Source of the DNA: Felis catus
Lineage: Eukaryota
Assembly (NCBI RefSeq): GCF_018350175.1
Contig: NC_058368.1
Location: 68,202,001 to 68,266,000, forward strand
Length of the DNA: 64,000 nt
Reading direction: 5' to 3'
The position numbers and the translations under genes were made by a program. Below, one piece after another: positions 36,471 through 49,215 of this stretch. Positions within the stretch are counted from its first letter, which is position 1; every line of letters begins with the position of its first letter. A model generated the notes under the pieces. The model was given only the letters and a program-made list of their open reading frames with translations. It was not told the DNA's origin and ran no database searches.

Positions 36471-38006
36471 ATCATGTTTGCATGTTAAATTTTAACCAAT
36501 GATTTTATGTATCTGTGTTGAACATGATATATTTTTCTCTTTTAATCTTTTAATGTGATGAGTTAGAATCATCAATTTTCTAACAATTTTGTACTTATGG
36601 GAGGAAAACAATTGGCTATGGTGAGTATATTTTTAATATAATGCTAGATTTTATTTCCTAATATTTTATTTAGGAATTTTGGAACTGTGTCCAAGATTGA
36701 CTTGGCCTATTATTTTATTCTCTCATACTCTTCTCTGTTTTTTTAAAGCTATATTAGCTACATAAAATAAGTTTAAAAGTGTGGGTTTTTTGTATTGTCT
36801 GAAAGAGTTTGTTTATGCCTTATATTTTTTATTTCTTGAATGTTTAATAGACTTCTCCGTAAAGTAATTTGGGCCTGGAGTTTTCTTTGTTAAAAGATTT
36901 TGAACGGTGGATTTAATTATATTAATGATTATATGACTATTTAGGTTTTCTACTTTACTTGAACCAGTTTTGATAAGTTGTATGTTCTAAAAGATTACCC
37001 ATTTTGTCTGTGATTTCAAATGTTTTGGTATAAATTTGTTTATAATAACCTTTCACTATAATTTAAATCTCTTCTGCATCTAAAGTTATGCCTTCTTTTT
37101 CATACCAATTATTATTTATCTGTACTCTTTCTCCTTCTTAAAATTAATATCACCAGCAGTTTTCCTATGTGGTTGATATTTTCAAAGAAATGGCTTGGCA
37201 TTTTGATGCTTTCTATTGTATGTTTGTTTTCTCATTCTTTAATTATGGATTGCTCTTTATGAATTCCTATATCATGCTTTATTTGGATTTATACTGTTGT
37301 TCGTTTTCTAACTTTTGAAGCTTGGTACTTAATTCATTTATTTAAAGATTTTATCCTTCTTAATACATTCATAGAAGTGTACAAATTTCCCTCAGAACTT
37401 ATTAGCTGAACTTATTAGCTAAATCCCACAAGTGTTAATATGCAGTTTTTTTTAAAGAATCATTCAACAGTTCATTAAAAATTTTTCTCTCATGACTTCT
37501 TTGATCCATGTATTTTTTAGAAGCAGATGCTCTTTTAATATTGCCAGTATATAGTTCTTGTGCTATATACCTTTCTGTTTTTGATTTCTAACCTGATTGC
37601 TTTCTGTTAATGGAATACAATCTACCTGAGACCAGTCTTTTGAGAACTATTGAGATGTACTTTATGGCTGCTCATGCGGATGATTTCATAAATAGTTCAT
37701 CTGTTCTTAAAAGGAAGGTAACTTCTGGAGTTATTTGGTGCAGTGCTCTGTATTACATACGTCCATGTGAGTCAAGTAGGCTGTCCAGGTCTTCCATCTT
37801 TACGCTGGCTTTTTTGTTGGTCACATCTACCAATTTATTAAATGTTTTATCTTTATGAAGAGACCTTATTTTTCTCTGCTCATGCTCTTTTCCCCTTAAA
37901 ATCTATTCTCTTTGTGATATTTTGGGTTAGCATTTGTTTGACTTAACTGATACTTTTGCATTCTTACTTGTTGAGAATATATGTATGTTAGCGTGTGTGC
38001 CTGTAA

Positions 38007-38014
38007 ACACACAA

Positions 38015-38075
<61 letters not shown>

Positions 38076-38102
38076 TATATATATGTGTGTGTGTGTGTGT
38101 GT
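38007..38102. repeat. Compound (AC)/(AT)/(GT) microsatellite
   Basis: Seen directly. Confidence 0.95.
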
Positions 38103-39329
38103 CAACTCTAGCAATCTTTTTAAAAAATTCCCCAAAGATTATTTCATTGGAATTTTCTTTTACCTTTTTATTTTAAATTTACGTCTTGCTTAGTTACTCA
38201 ATTTTTCTAATTTCTTGCTTTCTTTTTAATTTTATCTCTGCACTCATTTAAAAAATTTATTCTTTATGTTTCTTTTTAGTAGTTACTATGGATATGTTAA
38301 CATTTGTAAATGAGCACAGCTTAAAATTAATCATAACTTCACTCTCATCCCAAATGATGCAAAAACCTTAGAATGCTTTAGCTTTTTCACCACCTTCCCA
38401 GCTTACAAGCTATTATTTTCCATTTATGATGTTCTATATTTTTAACCTTCACAAATTAAGCTTTTTTAGATGTTAGTATTGGTATTTACCATATAGTTAC
38501 TAATCTCATTGCTCAGAATCCAATCTTACATTTTAGGCCTTCCATCTGGACTAGATTTCTTTCTTTCTAAAGCATATCCTTTAGAGTTGCAGTTAGGGAT
38601 AGTCTGTGTATGATGAAAACTCTCAGGTTTTACCTTTCTGAAAATGTTCTTATTTTGCCCCTGTTCTTAAAAAGTTAGTTATACTGGGTATGAAATTCTA
38701 GGGTAATGACTGCTTTGTCTCAGTGTGTTGCAGTTTATCTTCTGATATCCATTGCTATGCTGAGAAATCAGTATCTGTATCATTGTTTCTTTATAAGTGA
38801 TAACCCTTGTTTCCTCTGATTCTTTCAAATATCTTTTCCTTATTTTCATCGATATATATTTTTACTTTCAATATGTCTAGGTATGGATTTCTTTTTATTT
38901 GGTATGCTTGGAAATCACTAAGCTTTCTGAATAAGTTTAGTATCTTTCAAACACTGTTGAAAATATTTTTCCAACATTTCCTTCTAGTTTTATTCATTGT
39001 GAGTAAATGAAACTATGAGACTCCATGTATATGTACGTCAAACTTTCTCAGTGATCCCATCTATTTCTTTTCAACTTTTTTCTATTTTTAATAGTTTTCA
39101 CTCTGGGGTGATTACTTCAGATTTATCTTCAAGATCATTAGTTCTCTCTTCAGCTATGTTAAATCTGCTAATTTATCATACTGATATTTAAGTTTCAGTT
39201 GAAAAATCAATAAATCCAATAGATACTTTGAAATATTGATTGGTTTTAAAAATGTCTTATTTTTTCATGTTTTTGAGTCTTTTATGTCTTGGAGCATATT
39301 AAATTTTTTTATGTTAAGAGTCTTACATA

Positions 39330-39507
39330 GGGGCACCTGGGTGGTTCAGTCAGTTGAGTGTCTAACCTGATTTGGGCTCAGGTAATGATCTCACGGTCAT
39401 GGGATTGATCCCTGCATCGGGCTCTGCACTGAGTGGAGCCTGCTTAGGATTTTCTCTCTCCCTCTCTCTCTGCCCCTCCATCCTACACACATGACATACA
39501 CACACAC

Positions 39508-39550
<43 letters not shown>

Positions 39551-39579
39551 CATGCTCTCTCCCAAAATAACATTGAAAG
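39330..39579 (+). mobile_element. CAN-SINE containing a (CA)n microsatellite
   Basis: Head ggggcacctgggtgg; degenerate TSD aagagtcttacata / aagagtattatgta; (CA)n ~39498-39548. Confidence 0.92.
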
Positions 39580-41235
39580 AAGAGTATTATGTATTCAATA
39601 TCTGAGGTCTTTGCAGATAATTCTGTCATCTCTCATTCTTGGTGTGCTGTTTCTTGTATGTGTTGTGATCATTTTTATTGTGATTTCCTTGTTTTTCTTG
39701 GAATTACCTGTGAGAACTAGAACTCCATCCTGATGTTGAGTTCTCTAAAGGATGTCAGGGATTAATATTAATCTGGCTGCACATTTAACTATTTTCCATG
39801 CTTGTGGTTTTTCAGTACATACAAAGAACCCAAATGTGGGTTACAAATCACAAATTGTCCCTAAGGATTGACTTGTGATTATTAATTCTCAAGGATATTT
39901 GTTTTTCCTCATACCTAGTGTCAAGTTTATGGTAGCAAGTTCCCTTACTCTCCTTTCCTGAGGGTAAAGATTATTTATTTTTTACTCTTCCACTTTGGAA
40001 TCTCAGCACTGTGTAGAATTCTATTAAGTTCCTCACTCTGAGCAGACCCAGACTCTTGTCTGTTACCTCCTATGCCTGGACAATCTACCTAAATAGAGAG
40101 TCAAGGTTACACAATTCGGCCAATACCCTCAAGACAGCTGAGGCTTTGATGCTGGCTTACCTCTCTGGGGCTGGCTTTTATTTCATTTTGGGGATTCAGT
40201 TTATCTGGGATTCCTTTTTTCTCATGAGTTCCAAGATGGCTTTAAAACGCTGTGCTTTAAAAAAGATTTTATTTAATCATTTTGGGAGCTTTCAAAGGGA
40301 AACAGAAAATTTAGTCTGCCATACTTTCAGAAATGGGAAATTCTCCCTAAATGGGCTTTTTTCTATAGTGCCTGCTGGAATAGGGATATGAATGAAATTT
40401 ATTTCATTGAGTTCTACATTGTTTTAGATGTGAAGCTTACCATTATAATTAGAAATCAATGGTTTTCAGTACTCTTCAATGTAAAATCAAGGCAGAAACA
40501 TTCTAAATGTGAGAGTACAAACACATATGAGATAGATATTGTTGCTAATTTCCTATAAGAAAATAAAGGTAGATAGAACCGGCTTGTAACCAAATGAGCT
40601 GGGAGGTGAAGGTAATACTTCAGACAAGCTGCTCTGGTGTTAAGGGCAATGTAAGGCATACGCAAAAAAGCTCATCTTTTTCCAGAATTTTCTTCAGAGT
40701 AGTTTTATTATGGCTTAGATTATGGTCCTTTTCTCTCTTTTGTTCCTGGGTATCATCTATCAATTCTTCTCTGTTTCTAAAAATAAAAGTTTAGCAGCCC
40801 ATGGCCCTGTTTAGATCAGAGGGCACAGCAATAACAAATGTTTTTATCATGAAGTAACAGCAATGAACGTTGTAAATTTCATTCTCAGAAGGCTGGTAAC
40901 ATAAGACACTGACTTTGTCCAAGAGTCGTAAATTTAATGAGGTAAACAAGAATGTTCTAAGAGTAAACAATGTTGTTTGTGTGGGAAAAGAAATAGCCAT
41001 TTATCCTATTTTTCTTTTTCTCTGCACCAACCCTTACTGCCAGTCACTCTATTGGGAGATTCTGTTGCCCTAAGGGACTGGTTTTCAGCCCTAGTCTATA
41101 GCATCTTATCTACTGATATCCTAGACAAGTTGCAAAATTCTTAAAATATAATTATCTTCGGTGCACTTTGGTTGTATGTCATATGTTTATTTTTTGTGTG
41201 TCTTATTTTAAAACATCAACTAAAAGTTTTCTCTA

Positions 41236-41448
41236 GGGGCACCTGGGTGGCTCAGTAGGTTGGGCATTCGACTTCGGCTCAGGTCATGATCTCACAGTTC
41301 GTGAGTTCGGGCCCCGCATCGGGCTCTGTGCTGACAGCTCAGAGCCTGGAGCCTGCTTCGGATTCTGTGTCTCCCTCTCTCTCTGCCCCTTCCTCACACG
41401 TGCTTTGTCTCTCTCTACCTCTCAAAAATAAAGAAAACTAATTTAAAA
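41236..41448 (+). mobile_element. CAN-SINE (SINEC_Fc-type)
   Basis: TSD aaaagttttctc(t/c)a 41222-41235 / 41449-41462. Confidence 0.96.
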
Positions 41449-42099
41449 AAAAGTTTTCTCCATATATTTCCAGATAATATTGCAAATTTCTCAAAAAGTC
41501 AATTAATTACAATTCACTTTGGTCGAGATGTCATACATTTCTTAAACATTTCTTGCAATGATTGGATGTCAGGATCAGTGCTCTGGGGCTCATGAAAATC
41601 TTCAAGAAAAGCAAAAGATTATGAGTGCCAGAGCAGAGTAAGAAAGGGCTGCCATTTGGCAAGCCCAATAGGGAATATCTGGAAATACATGCAAGTTAGA
41701 GCTCTGACTAGGTGAGAGAGGAGGGAGGAGGCTGTTCTCTTGTTTGAACCAAATGGAGAGCTGTTCTAATTCAAGAATATCAAAGAGTGGACTGTTATTT
41801 GGGGGGAGCTCCAGAATACCAGATATTCTGACTTGTTTTCTGAACATCAAAACATTGCCTGCTTTCTGCAATTCAGGCTTTTTAAATACCTTTGCGAAGC
41901 AGTTCCAAAGCACCAACCCTTGGAAACGTTGAGAATTTAGGCGGCCATTAAGGACTTAGATGTATGTTAGTGAAAGAAGATGGGCTTGCGGGTTTCGCTA
42001 TTTAGTCACTGCCTGGTGAGCTCTGAGAACAGTATATAACGTAAACAAGATCCCTGCCCTCTGCAGCTTCCGTGCTGAAAGTGAATCACTGTTTTGCAA

Positions 42100-42630
42100 C
42101 AGCAGTACCATTTCCTTTTGTGGTTAGTGTTGGTGATGGAACTTGGATAGTTCGGGCTGTACACTACACTAAGGATTAAGGAAAACATTGTCTCTGTCCA
42201 TATGGTGAGTCATCTGAATACACCAGGCAAGACATTAGTAGATGTCAAAATCCGGGAACACGTGAGTGAGATGCGCATGTTCCCAGTGAAATCAGCCAGG
42301 TCATTTGTTTGTGTTTCTCCCCTCACGGTGCTGCAAGCCACACTTGGAATCAGAACCTCTTCTCATTCTTTTCTTTGTTCTTTCATCTTGCTGTCCTGTC
42401 ACTCTTCTAACCCTGGAAGCTGCAAACTTGGCAGTGTGCTTCTTCCCTGCAGTGAGTCAAAACATGGAGGAGCGGATCTCAGTACCTTCCTTGGATGAGT
42501 CAGCATGGGTGTATGCGTTGGCAGCAACCAGTGTTTCTCAGACTTCCGGAGAGAAAGGCAGGAATATAAAGTGAAGGCATATGTACCAACACAACAGGGA
42601 AAGCAGAAACGAAGAACAACCACAGCAAGC
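42100..42630. promoter_or_regulatory. Candidate enhancer (AP-1/ARE, ETS, RUNX, E-box motif cluster)
   Basis: TGAGTCA at 42206, 42453 and 42496; ATGAGTCAGCA 42495-42505; ACTTCCGG 42542-42549; TGTGGTT 42119, AACCACA 42618; CACGTG 42259. Confidence 0.35.
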
Positions 42631-43276
42631 GAAATAAATCTCTGCTTGGTTCAGGAACAAACAGCACACCGTTCTGTTCGCTTCAGTGTAAAGCTTTCGG
42701 TCCGGAGGGACTGAATTAGTGGCTGAAATCTTTGTTGAGCACTTATTAAGTGAATATAGTATGCTTCACAGGCATCAGAGAGTGAGTATCTAGAAAAACT
42801 TTAAAATGGAAGAAAACGTCGAAGTCCATTAGTCTGTCACTTCAATTCAAGGATGAACAGGTGCGGACCCAGAGATCTCTTTGTGGGCAATAAAAGAGCT
42901 AGTGCTAAAACTTGGACGTTGTGACACCTAGTTGTCAATGTTTCCGAACACAGACCTATGGCCCTTAACCTACATGAAATGTGGAAGTGGGTCCTATTTG
43001 TGACCATTGATGAAGGGAGCTTATCCCTGGATCCTGCATTTCCACCTTAGTTCTTGCCTCATCTATCACTGCTAATATGCATGGTGGCAAGTTCTATGGA
43101 GAGGAAAAGTCGATAAGAAACAGCTTGGGACAGAATGGCTTATTTTGTGTTACCAATACTAAGTAAGTAAGTAATTAAGGCTAGAGATTGGACTACTCTG
43201 AAGCTCAGCCTTCACCCAACAAATGAAGCCTCCCCCTTTATATCCTAAGGTAACAGAGTCTCTGAAGTTTTGGTCT

Positions 43277-43303
43277 CATTCATTCATTCATTCATTCATT
43301 CAT
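43277..43303. repeat. (CATT)n simple repeat, probably L2 tail-derived
   Basis: Seen directly. Confidence 0.85.
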
Positions 43304-43434
43304 GTATTAAGTAAGCAATAGGTAGAAGTGTCTTTACTACACAAAGGTCTTCAAAGACTATTTTATTGCCAAAGTTATATGACATTATGTTGACTAATCA
43401 CAAAGTGGCATTGACACTGTTTTCTTCCCTTTCT

Positions 43435-43655
43435 TTGTAAAATGTTTTTTTAATCTTTATTTATTTTTGAGAGAGAGAGTGCCAGAGAATGAAGTGGGAA
43501 GGGGGTGGAAAGGGGGAGACACAGAATCCGAAGCAGGTTCCAGGGGATCTGAACTGTCAGCAAAGAGTCCAGTGCGGGGCTTGAACTCATCAGCCATGAG
43601 ATCATGACCTGCGCCAAAGTTGGAGACTTAACCGACTGGACCACCCAGGTGCCCC
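43435..43655 (-). mobile_element. CAN-SINE
   Basis: SINE structure; degenerate TSD tgttttct... 43418- / 43656-. Confidence 0.93.
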
Positions 43656-43779
43656 TGTTTTCTGCTTTTCTATGAAAAACTTTACTGCTGAACCTCTAAG
43701 GTCTCACCCTGTCTTTGTCCCACATGTAGGTCTCTGAAGGGTCTTGTCACCTTGAAAGACACCTGCTCCCCTGCTCACC

Positions 43780-44960
43780 CCCTAAATGGTATTTTTCCCC
43801 AAGGATGCCCAGCTACTGCTTTTCTCTTTTAACAAGTTCTTCATGGGGAATCTCATCTGCTCTCAAGGATTATTCTGATTCCAATAAATTTAGGAGGCAC
43901 ATAAGGCAACTTTAATCTCTCACTCTACTCTGAACTTCAAGTTTACATAACCCAGGGCCCAGTGAGTACCTCCATCCACCCCCTTTCCAGCACGATATCC
44001 TTCCCATTCTGCCTTGTCAATGTTTCTTGCATAACCTTACTCCCAGGCCTAATAACAATGCCCTAACACAGGCTGCCCTGGTCTTTCACCAAGATGATTA
44101 AAATTGTTTCCCAGTTGGGCTCCTTGTTTTCTGTCTTGCACAGATAAAATCCGTCCTCTTTATTAATTTCCCAATTCAAACTGTTTAATTTTTTTTTCAA
44201 CGTTTATTTATTTTTGGGACAGAGAGAGACAGAGCATGAACGGGGGAGGGGCAGAGAGAGAGGGAGACGCAGAATCGGAAACAGGCTCCAGGCTCTGAGC
44301 CATCAGCCCAGAGCCCGACGCGGGGCTCGAACTCATGGACCGTGAGATCGTGACCTGGCTGAAGTCGGACGCTTAACTGACTGCGCCACCCAGGCGCCCT
44401 CAAACTGTTTAAAACACAGATACGAACCTGTTTTCTCAGTGTTGAAATTAGTCTCTATCTTTTTAAAAACTTAGACAATTAAAAAGAAAGTCTTGGCTAG
44501 CTGGACACTGTCCACCTCCTCAGTTTTAATGGCCCTACTATTCCCAGGCTGGCCCTTGAAATTTGCATGGCACACCACATGCTGTTCCCTGCCCTCTTGC
44601 TCTTGACAAGCATGTGCCCCTTCACCGGCATGTGGCCCATGCATAGAACTCCCTGTCTTCCATGCTCATTCTTGACGTAATTCCTGGTTAGTGTCACTGT
44701 CAGCATTCAGCTCTGGCATAGTCCTCTCTCAGCAGTCTTCTTGACTATACCATCAGGATTACACACACATCTGCCGTGTTCCCTTTGGCGCCCTGGTCAT
44801 ACTCCACATAACCTTGACTCGCATTACGCATAAATGTTATGCTTAAGCATCCGTGTCCTGACTAGGCTCTAAGTTCCTCAAGGGATAGAAGTATGCAACC
44901 CCACCCTATCCCTTTCCCTGGGAGGAGCAGCAATGCCCAACACAGAGTAGGTAGAGAGCA
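43780..44960 (+). mobile_element. Degraded LINE-2 (interrupted by SINE)
   Basis: aatctcatctgctctcaaggatt; ctctgaacttcaa; gactaggctctaagttcctcaagggatag; tgcccaacacagagtagg. Confidence 0.55.
44189..44400 (-). mobile_element. Young CAN-SINE (SINEC_Fc)
   Basis: CpG-rich; perfect TSD caaactgtttaa 44177-44188 / 44401-44412. Confidence 0.98.
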
Positions 44961-46203
44961 AATGTTTCTTGATGAGACATGCCAGCATTATAGAGATGAA
45001 GACACTGCTGGTCCTGCCTCAGGGAGCCCACCTTAGACGGTGGGGGATGTATGCACCTGGTAAATCCCACCCCCACACGAAAGGATGTGAGATGTACATA
45101 GGAAATGGAAACCACCACCTCAGCCTGAGGACGGAGAGCCAAGGGAAGGACGAGAACTTGTTCATGAGGTGAACCTTCCGCTCTTTTCTTCACTTACCCT
45201 CTTCTGAAATTTTACTTCTTCAATTAAGGAAACACAATCCACTCAAAACTGGACTGGAGAAACCTAAGACTACTTCACCGATGAACTGATGAAATCCTGA
45301 GCTTTCCCTGGGAGCTGTTTTCTTTCATCTGGCTTCCGCAAGTTTTCAAGCCAAGGAGAAAGTACACTTGTGTTTGCCAGGGACTTGCAAAATGTACTCC
45401 TGACTGGCAAAACACAAAAAGCTTTAAAAAGTGAGGAAATTGTACAGCAAGTGTTGCCATCTGATAATAGCAAACAGGCTCACGTTTGTGCAGAAATTGG
45501 TGGAAAAGCACTTACCACATAGTAAGTATGTGGCCGATAAGAGAACTAAATGGCACTATTTCCAAATGTCCCTTTTAGATATGCACTCTACACCTACTGA
45601 CTTTGGATGAAGTTGCCTACACAGAGTTGAGGGAGGATTTGGCTCCAATTGTGCAATTTGGCCATGGCTACAGCTCTGACTATTGAGAAAACAGCAGCAT
45701 ACAATTGGAGGTAGGGTCTGAGCACATCAACTGGATTTCTCGTCCTATCTCTAGGGCTCCTTCATGCCTGGAGCACAATGCGAACCATTTTATTTACTTT
45801 CAGTGCTTTGTGCTGCCAGATTTGCAGCAGCCCAGCCCTGAAGGGGAGCTCAGAATATTTTTCCAAGGGTCTCCATTGCTCGAAACTCAGAATGGAGTTG
45901 ACACAAATCTAATGAAATGAAAGAGCTCTCTTACCCTCCCCTGATTCCCAGAAAGCAGTGGCATTTGGAAAATTGTGTTCTAAACGAGTTGACAAGGGCA
46001 GGAGTTCAGTAGAAGCTAGCTATGAATCTATATATATTTGAAGATTTCTACTCACCTCCCTCCTCCCTGCTGTTTGAAGATAAATCATATTCAGCTCTAG
46101 GGAGTTTAGTTTAAATATCATGCATGTACACCTGAGAATTCTTTTCAAAAAAAAAAAAAAGGAGAAGAAGAAAGGAGAGCTTTAAGAGCTACATTGGTTA
46201 TGG

Positions 46204-46247
46204 AAAATAATAAAATAAAATAAAATAAAATAAAATAAGATAAAATA
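46204..46247. repeat. (TAAAA)n repeat
   Basis: Seen directly. Confidence 0.9.
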
Positions 46248-47075
46248 GAAATTTAAAAATGAATGAAAATGGTTTCCTTGATTGTCTTAGAAATTAGAAG
46301 AAGAAACAACTTTGGGAAATTATATTATTATGGACTCAAAATTTGCTAGTGCCTGAGGAATTAAGAGGTTATTATTACAACTACAATAACTCTGTGTAAA
46401 TTTGAACTGAATTGGAGAGGAACCCAGGTGAAACTCCCAGATATGAAAAATATTTAGCTTACCAGATTGGCACGCTAAACAATATGGGAAGCATGGAGAA
46501 GCGGTCTCTACAAGGAATGTTAGTAAGCATCTGATGTTTTGTACTTTACACTGTGTGGGTATAGAAATATTTCTTGCCACAAGCATGATGGAGTTGAGAA
46601 ATTACAGCACACATTTGTGGAGCAAATACAAATTAACTTTGAGGTCTTAGACAAGTTTTTTAATCTCTCTTTTCCTCATCTGGAAAATGGGAATAATTAC
46701 CTCAAAAACTTGGTCTGTCAATTAATTATAATATCATTCCTGGAATGTTGTGAGTAGTTCATACTGTTAGCCTGTGTTACTCTTAAGGCAGGGGAATTAA
46801 AATATTACATCAAAGCAGGTAGATGGTGATTAAGAGCAAGGCCTTAGAAGTTACATGGTCCCTGCTTCAAATGTTTATTGGATAGTCACCAGATGCCAGG
46901 CCTTTGCTACATGCTGCATATTTAATGGTGAACAAAAATGTAAGCCACCTGCTCTTATGGAGTAAATGGAAAAGAAGGGGAATAAACAAGTAAACAATAA
47001 TGGTACCCAAAATGGGAGTTCCTTCTCACAGAGTTTCCATTTTTATTCAAAACCTGGGTTAAAAATCCCATCTCT

Positions 47076-47295
47076 TGGCACGCCTGGATGGCTCAGTTGG
47101 TTGAGCATTCGACTTCGGCTCAGGTCATGATCTCGCGGTTTGTGGGTTTGAGCCCCGCATCAGGTTCTGTGCTGACAGCTCAGAGCCTGGAGTCTGCTTC
47201 GGATTCTGTGTCTCCTTCTCTCTCTGCTCTTTCCCCACTTGTGCTCTATCTCTCTCTGTCTCTCAATAATAAGTAAATGTAAAAAAAATTTTTTT
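47076..47295 (+). mobile_element. CAN-SINE (SINEC_Fc-type)
   Basis: TSD aatcccatctct 47064-47075 / 47296-47307. Confidence 0.96.
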
Positions 47296-47523
47296 AATCC
47301 CATCTCTATTTAGTTTCTACACAGTGTGTCCATGGTGACTGAAAAGGGTGCCTTGTAGCGGGTAGACACAGAGACGCTCCCATGACTTAGAAGCCACTTA
47401 GGATTGTCAGGGGAAAGAGGGTTGGCTATAGCACTAATGTCCTGGTGATAGCTCTGATCACTTATGGAGGGAATGTCTTGTTGTGCGACATCAACGAGGA
47501 AACACCTGTAGCTTGTTTATTCT

Positions 47524-47637
47524 TAGTGTGACAAACCACTCTAGTTTCCCCAGGACTGAAAGGATTCCTAGTACTTGGAACTGTCAGTGTCAACCCTGGG
47601 AAAGTCCCAGGCAAACAAAGACAAGTTGTTCACACTA
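47524..47637. mobile_element. MER81-like hAT-Blackjack MITE (114 bp)
   Basis: TIRs tagtgtgacaaac...gttgttcacacta; internal ccaggact / agtcccagg symmetry. Confidence 0.8.
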
Positions 47638-47839
47638 CTCATGTTATCTACTTGTCCATCGTCAGACCAGAAATATAGAATTTCACATTGTAAAAAGTTC
47701 TATGAAGAAAAAGAATAGGATGCTATAAGAGTGAATTGCAGGGGGGATCTTGTGTAGATTGGGCAGGAAGTATCTCTGATGAGGCAGCGTTTAAGCTGCG
47801 ACCTCAAACATGAGTAGGGCATTAAGTTTAGCTCGTACC

Positions 47840-48030
47840 TTTGTTCCTTATGAAGTGTTCCATCATAGGTAGGTCATATAACCCTCACTACTGTAGTTTC
47901 TTCATCTGTAAACGTGGATAATCATCATACCTAATCATGCTTCTTAGACCCAATATTATCAATACTTCATAGAATTTTTTTTCAGAATTAATTAAAATAA
48001 CTCATGTAAATGACTTAAAAGATTGCCTGG
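47840..48030 (+). mobile_element. MIR
   Basis: agtttcttcatctgtaaacgtggataatcatcataccta...catgtaaa...tgcctggc. Confidence 0.7.
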
Positions 48031-48031
48031 C

Positions 48032-48200
48032 TGGGTCACCTGGGTGGCTCATTCGGTTATTCATCTGACTCTTGATCTCAGCTCAGGTCTTGATCTCAGG
48101 GTTGTGGGTTCAGGCCCCATGTTGGGCTCCATGCTGGACATAGAGCCTACTTAAAAACAAACAAACAAACAAACAAACAAACAAACAAACAAAAAGAAAA
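48032..48200 (+). mobile_element. Short-form CAN-SINE (no CT tract) with (AAAC)n tail
   Basis: tRNA-like head then gagcctacttaaaa and AAAC repeats. Confidence 0.85.
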
Positions 48201-48968
48201 CACACACACCAGAATATTATCCGGCTGTTGATTTTTGAATAATTCCATTTTAGTAATATAGATTTAAAATTAATGAGACTTGTTTTGTGGCCTGACATAT
48301 GGCATGTCCTGGAGAATGTTCCATGTGCACTTAAGAATGTATATTCTGTTGTCGAGTGGAGCATTCAGTAAATGTCCGAAGGTCTAGCTGATGTATAGTT
48401 TTTTCAAGATTTTTACTTTTTGTTGATCACCTGCTAGTTCTTTCAAACATTTTTGGAAGTGGGTTATTGACATTTTCATCTATTATTGTTGAATTATCTA
48501 TTTCTCTAATATTGTCAATTTTTGCTACAAGTATTTTAGAACACTGTTGTTAGGTACATATATGTTTATAATTGCTGTATCTTCTTGATGGATTGACTCT
48601 TTTAACATTGTAAAATGTCTGTATTTCTAGTGACAATTTTGGTTTTGGAGTCTATTTTGTCTAATATTCATATAACCACTTCAGTTCTCATTTGGTTTCT
48701 GTTTGCACGATATATTTTTTTACCTCCAACCTATTTGCGTCTTTGAAGGTTTGTCTCTTGCAGACAGCATATAATTGGATTATATATTCTGCCAATATCT
48801 TTCTCTTAATTGGGTTGTTCAATTAATTTTTGTTAAATGAAATTATCTATAAGGTAGAATATACATCTGCTATTTTTCTATTTGTTTCCTGTAGGTCTTA
48901 TGTCTTTAATGTCTTGCCTATAACAGCTTTTTTTCTTGTGTTACATAGATATTTTCTAGTGTTATTTT

Positions 48969-49002
48969 ATTTTTTTTAATTTTTTTATGTTTATTTATTT
49001 AT

Positions 49003-49050
<48 letters not shown>

Positions 49051-49215
49051 ATGAGCAGGGAAGGGCAGAGAGAGAGGGAGACACAGAATCCAAAACAGGC
49101 TCCAAGCTCTGAGCTGTCAGCACAGAGCCCAACATGGGGCTCGAACTCATGGACCGCAAGATCGTGACCTGAACTAAAATCGGACACTCAACCAACTGAG
49201 CAACCCATGCACCCC
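48969..49215 (-). mobile_element. CAN-SINE with long (GA)n
   Basis: TSD tagtgttatttt 48957-48968 / 49218-49229. Confidence 0.95.

Larger units (their letters stand above)
32900..40340 (-). mobile_element. Mosaic of ancient L1M/HAL1-like fragments (ORF2 and ORF1 regions) with younger nested insertions
   Basis: T-rich antisense L1 text throughout (e.g. tttgggcctggagttttctttgt, gctaaatcccacaag, tatactgggtatgaaattctagg, tgagaaatcag); boundaries approximate. Confidence 0.65.
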
